A DNA stretch of 20,000 nucleotides from the IMG/VR virus record IMGVR_UViG_3300034418_011988, one strand, 5' to 3'. Source of the DNA: an uncultured virus (IMG/VR IMGVR_UViG_3300034418_011988). Lineage: Duplodnaviria > Heunggongvirae > Uroviricota > Caudoviricetes. Positions 1 through 7,701 of this stretch are shown here, piece after piece (positions within the stretch are counted from its first letter, which is position 1; the number at the start of each line of letters is the position of its first letter). Below the pieces are notes generated by a model. It saw nothing but the letters and a program-made list of their open reading frames with translations. It was not told where the DNA came from and made no database searches. The translations under genes were made by a program, and so were the position numbers.

Positions 1-2530
1 AAGCGCCAGGGCTCGGGAAAAGATCCTGAAGCTTTCGCTGCATCTCAAGGTTGGACCGTTGGCCGCGAGCGTCGAGAATCCCCACCAGGGTATCGGTGTT
101 CAAAGCTTCGACTGCGTTTATCGCCTCCGCAGATTGAGGAGCGATTGTGTAGTCCGCAATCTTAGTGAAGGTGTTGGCAATGCGGGCGCCTAAAGAGCCG
201 GGGCCCGTGGCAAAAGAGAGGTCCAGCTCCGGGCTTGCGCCGGCCAAAGCGCCACGGTTTTCGCGCAGCATCCCCATCCCCGGGTCCAGGCCTGCTCCCA
301 TAATGGCGCCGCCTTCCTGCATACCGGAGTAGCCCATTTCAGGGACAGACAGACCGCTTTGCTTGCGCGCTTCAATAGCCGCAACAAGCCGCGGATTGAG
401 CTGGCCGCCGGGCTGCATAACGAATTGAGCACCGTCCCAAACCCGCTGAGGCTGGGTGTAATCCAGAATGAGCTGCTCAAACTCCGCCGTCTGGTCCCCG
501 AGCTGCCCGGTAGCGTACTCATTGAGCACCTGCGGGTCGGAGAGATACTGGATGGTCCGGGCTTTGGCCGAATCGCCCAGGCGGTTGGCCCGGGCAGCGA
601 GCCCGGAAAGAACGCTCATCTCGGAAGCATTGGCGAGCTGAGCGGCTTCCATAGCCAAGCGCGTGTCTACCTGATCCAAACCGCGCTCTCGGAGGAGGAA
701 GTCCAAGGTGTTGTTGTAAACGGACATCCTCCGATCAATCTCGCGCTCAGAAAGCCCCGCTTCTCGGGCATCTTCTGCCATTTCGCGCTCAAATTGTCGG
801 CGGGTTCGAGCCTCCCCGGAAGAAAACTCTCTATCCAGTCGCCTCATGTACATGTCATGAGCACGTTCTTGGCGAGCCATCAACTCGGCCAAATCGCCGC
901 CTTCTTCCTGAAGCTCCAAGTTGTATTCGTGTCGTTGCTCCATGGTTCGGAGATCAGATTCTTCGCGAGCCGTTAAGAGCTGGAGCTGGTTGCCAAGGTC
1001 CAACCCGTAACGAAGCTTAATCTGTTCCTCTTCAAGAGCAGCCCTCGCTTCCGCCGTTTTTCTTTGCTCCTGGCCAGTAGCCCCAATCTGTTCCAAGGCT
1101 TGACCGCCACGGAGCACTTGAAGCTCTCGCTCGTTATCAAACAAACGATCCTGCATCGACTGCCGGAAATCTCGATCCAATCCTGCTTGTGAAGCCGTAA
1201 AGTCGAAAGTTCTTTGCTGCGCATCTGCCGCGATCCGACCCTGAAGCTCGGCCAAGCCGCGCTGAAGCGTACCGCGAAGCTGGATGTCTTCCTGGCTCTG
1301 CGAGCCTCGAATACGCTGAAGCCTCTCTTGGGCCTCAATAGCTTGCGTAGCCAAGCGAGCGCCATAATCTCGCTGCGTCTCGTTTTCTTTCTGCGTGAAG
1401 TCTTGGCGCATCAAATCGCGGGCGAAGTCAAAGGTCGCTTGCCGCTCTTGAGCTTCTGCTCCGGCGCGGCGCTCTAATGCTTTGCCACGTTCCGTCTCTG
1501 CACCCTGGAGGGCGGTAAGCTTCAGACCGCGCTCAAACTCCCGACCTTCCTTCTCCCGGCCACGCTTGAATTCAGAAAACTGCTGGGCTCGGCCCCCGAG
1601 GCGGTCAAAAAGTTGAGTCTGCTGGGTCGCTTCAGCCAGCCGCTCTGCCGGGCTCATGGTCCGTGAGCCGGGGCCCGCGAACGCAAAAGCGGTGCCGGCG
1701 ATGTCAAAAAGGGCTTGCGCTTGGCTCAGCCGCTTCTGCTCTTCGATGTCGGCCGTCGGATCGCTGGCCTGGAGCCCCATCTGCTTGTATAGGTCCATCC
1801 GCTCTTGAACGCCCTGCTGCAAACCAGGGATTTCGGGAAGGGCGGGACGCTGCGGAATCATGCCGGTGGGCATACCAAAAGAAGCGGGCATTAACGGGGA
1901 GCCGCCGTTAGCCATACGAACGACACCCCCATTCCTAAAAGCCTGGACGGGCTCGCCACCCTCCATCGGCATCGGAGCTTCTTCACCGCCCATGTTGACG
2001 GTGGACATGATGCCCCCGGCCATCGGGCCTTCGACCGCGCCGCTGCCCATGGCCTCTTCGGCTAGGCCACCAATGCCTTGCTCGACGGCGGCAATTTGCA
2101 TCACGGGTTGAAGGAGAGTGAGCACTGACTCCGGGGTTTCTTGAGCATCTTCTTGCCCCACCAGAGCAGCCAGCTCTTGGCGGCGCTCGCCAATGCTCAT
2201 CTGGTCGCCCCGGATGGCGTTCATCATTTCTTCGTAGTCGCCGGCCTCCTCAATATTCGCAAACTGCGTAGAGGCCTGCTGAAGCATCTGCTCCATCATG
2301 GCGGGATCAATCTGATCTGGGCCCTGGGCCGCGGACGGTTGTGCGGCAGCCGCCGGTAGCCCCGCAGGCATCGGCATTCCGTCCATGGGGACCATCCCGC
2401 CTTCTTGCATGGGCAGCACACCGCGACCCATCAGGATGTCCTTTCGAGTGACTTGGCCGTCTCCGCTAAGGTCAGGGAATACGGCTCCGCCCTTCTTGAA
2501 CATTTGCCTGTCTAAAACGCTTCGGTTCAT
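1..2530 (-). CDS. Putative internal virion/ejection protein, >843 aa, truncated by the left window edge (absent from ORF track)
   Basis: ATG at 2530 overlaps the TAA of the 891-aa gene (TAATG). Manual translation is open to position 2: MNRSVLDRQMFKKGGAVFPDLSGDGQVTRKDILMGRGVLPMQEGGMV...ETPESVLTLLQPVM...QRKLQDLFPSPGA. Contains a long charged coiled-coil region and several xxGGxV motifs. Confidence 0.85.
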   Translation of the reverse strand, partial: MNRSVLDRQMFKKGGAVFPDLSGDGQVTRKDILMGRGVLPMQEGGMVPMDGMPMPAGLPAAAAQPSAAQGPDQIDPAMMEQMLQQASTQFANIEEAGDYEEMMNAIRGDQMSIGERRQELAALVGQEDAQETPESVLTLLQPVMQIAAVEQGIGGLAEEAMGSGAVEGPMAGGIMSTVNMGGEEAPMPMEGGEPVQAFRNGGVVRMANGGSPLMPASFGMPTGMIPQRPALPEIPGLQQGVQERMDLYKQMGLQASDPTADIEEQKRLSQAQALFDIAGTAFAFAGPGSRTMSPAERLAEATQQTQLFDRLGGRAQQFSEFKRGREKEGREFERGLKLTALQGAETERGKALERRAGAEAQERQATFDFARDLMRQDFTQKENETQRDYGARLATQAIEAQERLQRIRGSQSQEDIQLRGTLQRGLAELQGRIAADAQQRTFDFTASQAGLDRDFRQSMQDRLFDNERELQVLRGGQALEQIGATGQEQRKTAEARAALEEEQIKLRYGLDLGNQLQLLTAREESDLRTMEQRHEYNLELQEEGGDLAELMARQERAHDMYMRRLDREFSSGEARTRRQFEREMAEDAREAGLSEREIDRRMSVYNNTLDFLLRERGLDQVDTRLAMEAAQLANASEMSVLSGLAARANRLGDSAKARTIQYLSDPQVLNEYATGQLGDQTAEFEQLILDYTQPQRVWDGAQFVMQPGGQLNPRLVAAIEARKQSGLSVPEMGYSGMQEGGAIMGAGLDPGMGMLRENRGALAGASPELDLSFATGPGSLGARIANTFTKIADYTIAPQSAEAINAVEALNTDTLVGILDARGQRSNLEMQRKLQDLFPSPGA

Positions 2531-5205
2531 TAGAATAGCCCCGACTTTGCTGCCCCGGCCGCAGCGGCTAGGCCGCCCACTGCCGTGCCGGCAAATTGCT
2601 GGAAGGGTGACGCTTGCGGCGTGGTGGCCTGCGACGTAACCATCTGAGTGGACGGCGCACCGCGCTGGATGTCAGACAAGAACCCAAGCTGCTGATAAGG
2701 CTCGTAGTAGTTCTGAAGGTTCGTGGACCGCGCGGCGTCGAGGACGGCCTGCGCTTGCCGTTGCTCTTGCTGACCGAGGTCGAAGAGGAAGCCTGCTTGG
2801 CCCTGACCGAGCTGCTGAGACATGCCGCCGAGCTGAGCCTGCTGCATTCCAAGACCCGCACCGGCCTGCCCGGCTTGAATACCAAGCTGGCCGTACTGAG
2901 TACCGAGACCGCCAATGCCCTGAGCGATCTGAGCGGCCTGCTGAGAGCCTTGAAGCCCCAGGCGCCCTGCCGCTTCGGCGCCGGCCATACCCATCTGGGC
3001 TTGACCCTGACCAAGCTGGCCATATTGCTGAGCCAGTTGCCCGGCAAGCTGCTCCGCGCTGATGCCCATCTGAGCGGCCCGCTGGGCAATGTCTGCCTGG
3101 GCAGTAGCACCGGCCATGCCGAGCTGACCCGCCTGCTGGGCAAACTGCCCGGTGAGCTGGGCGGCGTTCATGCCGGTGGTGGCGGCAAGCTGCTGGATGT
3201 TCATGCCCGTCTGCGCTTGGGCTTGAGCATTGGCTGCCGCAAACTGCTGAGCGGAGAGCCCCGTCCGAGCCGCCATTTCGGCGCCAGAGAGCCCAAGCTG
3301 ACCCGCTTGAAGGGCTCCGGTCTGAGCAAGCTGCTCTGCCGAGAGCCCAAGCTGACCCGCGGTCTGAGCAGCCTGCTGACGCTGCGCCGCAAGCGCTTGA
3401 GCGTTTCGAGAGGCTTGGTCGGCAGCCGAGAGGCCGAGCTGACCCGCCTGAAGGCCGCCGCGCTGGGCAAGCTCCTGAGCCGATAGACCAATCTGGCCTC
3501 CCTGCAATGCGGTTTGCGCTGCAAGCTGTTCTGCGGACAGACGCTGAGCACCGCCTTGGAGGAGTCCGGCTTGCGCCAACTCTTGGGCCGAAAGTCCCGT
3601 TTGCGCAGCAAGTTGTTCTGCCGACAGCCCGAGCTGTCCAGAAGCTTGAGCTTGCTGAGCGGCGAGCTGTTCCGCCGACAGCCCCAAGCCGCCAGCAGCC
3701 TGCGCTGCGCGAAGCTGAGCTTCCGCACCCTGGGCACCCAAGGCCCCCGTGAGCTGAGCCGCTTGCTGGGCCCGGCCCTGCTGCGCCTCAAAGGCGGCCT
3801 GAGCCCGCTGCGCAGCGGTTTCAAAACCCTGAGCCCGGAGCTGAGCCGCGGTCCGCGCTTGCTGCTCCAATACATTCCGCTGAAGCTCTGCTTCCTGAAT
3901 CCCTTGTCGCGCGCCGCCAAAGGCCCCGGCGCCCACTGCTTGGGCCCGTTGTCCTTGAGCTGCGATATCGCCTTGGCGACGGATGTCAGACAGCGCTTGG
4001 TCAATGACCTCCTGCTGGTACGGGCTCATGAACTGAGAAACAGAAGTAGGATCGTACAGAGCCGTGGTGCCGGCCAGCCCCGCAATACCTTGTTGGGCGG
4101 TAGCCGCCCCCATGCCGCCTGCGGCCTGAAGCTGCCGGGCCGCTTCTGCGGTGATGCCCCGGGCGCCAGAAACAGCTTGTTGTGCTTGCTGAGCTGCCGT
4201 ACCGGCTGCGCCGCGAGCGCCTAAACCGGCCTGTTGAGCTACGCCCTGAGCCCCGGCTGCCGTACCGGCCAAGCCGGCTTGTGTTCCAAGGGCCGCGGCC
4301 CGTGCTTGTTGTGCCGCCGTATCCAGACCAAGCCCGGCCTGGATGGCTTGCTGAGCTGCCCCGCGCTCCGCGGCCTGAGTGGCAGCGCGCGCTTGATCGG
4401 CTGCGGTAAGCCCGCGCATGGAAGCAACGCCAAGCTGCTGGGACAGGGTGGGGATCGCTTGGCCCATGGCCTGCTGGGCCTGGGCCACGGACTGGCGAGC
4501 CCGTTCGGCGGCCTGCTGCTGGGCCGTTTGACCGTACTGAGTTTGGCGCGCAGCGTTGATCGCTGCGGTGCCTGCAATGTCCTGAGCGCCAGTGGTGGCT
4601 TGTTGCAGAGCGCGCGCTTGCGCCGTTCCAACATCAAGGCCGCCAAGCATGGCTTGCCGGGCAACGTCTTGCGCTGCGACGCCCGCGGCTCCAAGGCCTT
4701 CCTGGGCGGCGCCTACTTGACCGGTAATGGCCCGCTGAGCGGCCAGCATGTCCTGACCACCAATGTCAGCAAAGGTCCGTGCGCCGAGAGCCGATTCCGT
4801 GAGCCCCGCGAGAGCCTGAGCGGTCCGCGTGTCGCCTCGCGCCAAGGCGGCAGCAATGTCCCCCTGGGTAGCTTCGATCTGGGGCCCTATGGTCCCGAGA
4901 GCACCCTGATAGGCTTGCATGGCTTGCTGTTGGTAAGGGGTCGCGCCTTGCATGATGCCGCTGAGCTGCTGCGCCGCCCCGCCAAGGCTTTCTCCGGCAG
5001 CCGTCAGGTACGGTTGATAATCCCCAATGCCCCCAGCAGCTTGCTGGAGTGCGCTTTGCTGAAGATTGGAAAGACCGGCGACTTCATAGCCGGGAAGACC
5101 GGCCGCCTCGCGCAGGGAAAGCTCCCTTGCACGTTGCATAAGCGCAAGGCGTTCTGCCTCAATTCGAGGGTCTTCACGATAGATGGTTGTTTGAGTCTCG
5201 GCCAT
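2530..5205 (-). CDS. Ala/Gln/Gly-rich coiled-coil ejection (DNA pilot/tube-forming) protein, 891 aa
   Basis: TAATG coupling at both ends. Core FMSPYQQEVIDQAL...AGAFGGARQG resembles podophage DNA-transfer proteins. GLSAEQLA repeats and a C-terminal hydrophobic Gly/Ala segment. Confidence 0.75.
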   Translation of the reverse strand: MAETQTTIYREDPRIEAERLALMQRARELSLREAAGLPGYEVAGLSNLQQSALQQAAGGIGDYQPYLTAAGESLGGAAQQLSGIMQGATPYQQQAMQAYQGALGTIGPQIEATQGDIAAALARGDTRTAQALAGLTESALGARTFADIGGQDMLAAQRAITGQVGAAQEGLGAAGVAAQDVARQAMLGGLDVGTAQARALQQATTGAQDIAGTAAINAARQTQYGQTAQQQAAERARQSVAQAQQAMGQAIPTLSQQLGVASMRGLTAADQARAATQAAERGAAQQAIQAGLGLDTAAQQARAAALGTQAGLAGTAAGAQGVAQQAGLGARGAAGTAAQQAQQAVSGARGITAEAARQLQAAGGMGAATAQQGIAGLAGTTALYDPTSVSQFMSPYQQEVIDQALSDIRRQGDIAAQGQRAQAVGAGAFGGARQGIQEAELQRNVLEQQARTAAQLRAQGFETAAQRAQAAFEAQQGRAQQAAQLTGALGAQGAEAQLRAAQAAGGLGLSAEQLAAQQAQASGQLGLSAEQLAAQTGLSAQELAQAGLLQGGAQRLSAEQLAAQTALQGGQIGLSAQELAQRGGLQAGQLGLSAADQASRNAQALAAQRQQAAQTAGQLGLSAEQLAQTGALQAGQLGLSGAEMAARTGLSAQQFAAANAQAQAQTGMNIQQLAATTGMNAAQLTGQFAQQAGQLGMAGATAQADIAQRAAQMGISAEQLAGQLAQQYGQLGQGQAQMGMAGAEAAGRLGLQGSQQAAQIAQGIGGLGTQYGQLGIQAGQAGAGLGMQQAQLGGMSQQLGQGQAGFLFDLGQQEQRQAQAVLDAARSTNLQNYYEPYQQLGFLSDIQRGAPSTQMVTSQATTPQASPFQQFAGTAVGGLAAAAGAAKSGLF
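2790..3690 (-). repeat. Intragenic imperfect repeats of (A)GQLGLSAEQLA in 11- and 18-aa units
   Basis: For example GLSAEQLAAQQAQASGQL (18 aa), GLSAEQLAAQT (11 aa), GLSAQELAQRGGLQAGQL (18 aa). Boundaries approximate. Confidence 0.85.
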
Positions 5206-7175
5206 TAGGCAACCCTACCTCGGCGCTCAAGATCACGCATCACGCTGTACATGTTCTTGATTCCCCGGTCCATGGAGCCATTGCCCAAACCGCGCACGGC
5301 GTCCTTAGTCATAACGAATTCGCCCGGCATCAAAAGTGCTCGAACGCTGTCTTCATCCGGGGTGCCTTCGTAGGGCATGATGCCGCCATTGCGGCGCGGA
5401 TAAACTTCACCGCCTTCGGCGGCGGTCATGTCAGGAATGTTCGGCGGCGGGGTATATACCGGTGGCGTATACCCGCCAGGAAGCCCGTAATACTCTGGAT
5501 TCGCAGCAAGAAGATCGAACCCGGTGTAATCATACCCAATAGTGGGCATGGGTTGCTCAGGAGTTTCAAAGAAACCGCCGGCGTACAAGCCCGCACCAGT
5601 GACCGCGGCCAGGGGCCCATATTTAGACAAAAGGCCCGGCTGAAGCTGCCGGGTTGCTGACGCTAAAGCTTCCGAGTAAGAAGCTCCTTTATCCAGGGCC
5701 GCAGCAAACTCTGGAGAGTTTTGAAGCTGTGTTTCCGTAAGCATGTTGCGGCTGGGGGACAAATAATCTTTGTAGAAGTTCTCCACCGGGTCGGGGATAA
5801 ACTTCCGAATGAAGCTTTGCTGCGCCTGCGCGGGTGCCGTAGCACCACCCGCCGAAGGCGCTGCGGCAAGGGTGCGGTCCAGAGGCATAGCCGAGGCGCC
5901 CGCGCCGGCTTGCGCCGCCCGGGATGCTTGAACCGCATCAGCCAGCGTTTCTCCGCCCGTCGGAGTCGGAGCTGCCGCCTGAGATACGCCCGCTGCGCCT
6001 GCCCCAGAAGTGGCCGAAGGAATGCTGATAGAGCCCACTCCGGCAGACGGAGTTGGGGGAGCCGTGGTAAAGGGCTGAGAAGAAGTAATCGTGCTGCGAA
6101 TGGTGCTCGGTCCGCCGCCAGCTCGGGCCAGGGCCTGCTGCACCGTCTCACCGGGGCGCATGGAAATCACACGGCTAACACCCGTGGGAGCACCCGCCGC
6201 GCCAGGGGTGAAGGTAGTGGCCGGGGCTCCCGGTACAGAACCTGCTCCAGCAAGGGGCTGAAGCTGGGCATCCAAGGCGGCAGAGACTTGCTGCGTGTTG
6301 GCAAGATTCTGCTGCGCCACCTCGGTAGCTCGGTCAAATACCGGGACCGCGTCTTCCACAGGAGGCAGCGTCGGTTGGGCCGCGGCCCCCGCTCCGGCAG
6401 CCCCTGCCGTCGGGACATAGCCCGTGAAGAGGTTCCCGGCTCCAGTCAAGCCACCGCCGGTCAGGGTCGAGCCCAGGCCAGACGCGGTCTGCGCAACACG
6501 GCCCCCGAAGCCCGAAACAGCCTCTTTGACGCCGCCCGTAAAGGTGCCGCCCGTAGCAGCGCTTCCAATTCCTTTCAAAATGCCGCCAGTGGCCCCAGAG
6601 ATTGCAGCAGCTTTGAAGGCATCCTTCAGACTGCCACCTTGAATCAGGCTGGCGATACCAGAGCCCAGAGCTGCACCAAAGACTGGTCCGAGGGGCGTGA
6701 ACGACAAAGCAATAGGCAGGATGACGCCTGCGGCCTTCTTGAGGAACTTACCGACCTTCTTAAAGGCTTTCTTGACGCCCTTGAAGAGCTTCTTCAAGAA
6801 GAATTCGGGCATCCCGGTTACAGGGTTAATGCTGTTTTCCGACGAGCCGACGACATAACGATCCGGGTCTTCAATGCCCCGAGCCCGAAGATCGTCAAAA
6901 ATGGATTGTTTTAGCGTCGGATTCTCAGCAATAAGCGCTGCCGGGATGACAATTTCCCCGGTCTGAACGTGCGCCAGGGTGTTGTCGCCGTAACGGCCAT
7001 AATCGGCCATGCGGGCAGCAACTTCTTGGAAATTAGCGATACCAGACTGGCCGAAAGCGCGCTCAGCATCCTCGCGGTCCATGCGCTCAATTTCATCGTC
7101 GTCCACGATGAAATCTGCGATACCGCCCTCCGGCACCACAAATTCTTCAAGCTCTTGATATGCCGGTTCTGCCAT
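5205..7175 (-). CDS. Putative ejection protein with a cationic amphipathic helix, Gly-rich hydrophobic segment and GE(F/I)V modules, about 656 aa
   Basis: ATG at 7175 (TGATG overlap, GGAG 7 nt upstream; GTG at 7178 is an alternative). Motifs GRYGDNTLAHVQTGEIVIP, INPVTGMPEFFLKKLFK and DSVRALLMPGEFVMTKDAVRGLG. Confidence 0.75.
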   Translation of the reverse strand: MAEPAYQELEEFVVPEGGIADFIVDDDEIERMDREDAERAFGQSGIANFQEVAARMADYGRYGDNTLAHVQTGEIVIPAALIAENPTLKQSIFDDLRARGIEDPDRYVVGSSENSINPVTGMPEFFLKKLFKGVKKAFKKVGKFLKKAAGVILPIALSFTPLGPVFGAALGSGIASLIQGGSLKDAFKAAAISGATGGILKGIGSAATGGTFTGGVKEAVSGFGGRVAQTASGLGSTLTGGGLTGAGNLFTGYVPTAGAAGAGAAAQPTLPPVEDAVPVFDRATEVAQQNLANTQQVSAALDAQLQPLAGAGSVPGAPATTFTPGAAGAPTGVSRVISMRPGETVQQALARAGGGPSTIRSTITSSQPFTTAPPTPSAGVGSISIPSATSGAGAAGVSQAAAPTPTGGETLADAVQASRAAQAGAGASAMPLDRTLAAAPSAGGATAPAQAQQSFIRKFIPDPVENFYKDYLSPSRNMLTETQLQNSPEFAAALDKGASYSEALASATRQLQPGLLSKYGPLAAVTGAGLYAGGFFETPEQPMPTIGYDYTGFDLLAANPEYYGLPGGYTPPVYTPPPNIPDMTAAEGGEVYPRRNGGIMPYEGTPDEDSVRALLMPGEFVMTKDAVRGLGNGSMDRGIKNMYSVMRDLERRGRVA

Positions 7176-7408
7176 CACGCTGCTCCGCCAGAAATGCCTT
7201 GAGGCATAGTGACTTGAATCAGTGTACTGCGCTTTTCAGACCCCGTCCACGGATTACCGCATACGGGGCAATTGCCGTTGGGGTAGCTCAGAATCTCTTC
7301 TGGCGTATCCACCTCGTTCGCGCAATTTGCACACTCCACCTTGTCGGTGCTGCTAGACGGCAGCCACTTGCTGCCATCCCGCATGGTAATAACCGTTTGA
7401 TCGCTCAT
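7175..7408 (-). CDS. Small Zn-ribbon protein (CANC...CPVC), 77 aa
   Basis: Two CxxC pairs; ATGA overlap with the upstream gene and TGATG overlap with the downstream gene. Confidence 0.8.
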   Translation of the reverse strand: MSDQTVITMRDGSKWLPSSSTDKVECANCANEVDTPEEILSYPNGNCPVCGNPWTGSEKRSTLIQVTMPQGISGGAA

Positions 7409-7701
7409 GGCGTAGACACCGTAACCGTACCAACGCCGCCAGAGCTGCTAGAACCCACCACATGCGGGATGTTGGCTTGTGTGATCTTTACCGTGCCGTC
7501 CACTTGGAACAGCGCGCCGTTTTCTAATCCAAAATCGTTGTTTTGCAGGGCCGTCAGGGTGATCTGCGTGGACCGAGACGGGCCCGGGTTCTGAACCTGC
7601 TCAAGAAATACGGAGAATGCTCGAACAATCTCCGCAAGATAGCGCTGGTCATACTCCCGAGGCGGGACCGGGAACTGAGGCTTGACGACCTGCTGAGCCA
7701 T
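7405..7701 (-). CDS. Small putative virion/tail protein, 98 aa
   Basis: TAATG-coupled to the nozzle gene. The N-terminal PQFPVPPREYDQRY pattern is one I recognise from genes following this nozzle family. Confidence 0.7.
   Translation of the reverse strand: MAQQVVKPQFPVPPREYDQRYLAEIVRAFSVFLEQVQNPGPSRSTQITLTALQNNDFGLENGALFQVDGTVKITQANIPHVVGSSSSGGVGTVTVSTP

Noticed and set aside
2790..3690. Repeats as a CRISPR array or non-coding repeat
   Set aside because: The repeats are degenerate, in frame and protein-coding, with no constant repeat/unique spacer structure.
190..6914. Many long plus-strand and alternate-frame ORFs (e.g. 359-976, 2614-3486, 4234-5208, 5721-6914)
   Set aside because: They are shadows of GC-rich, repetitive minus-strand genes, with no RBS or recognisable motifs. 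The coupled minus-strand genes already cover the region.
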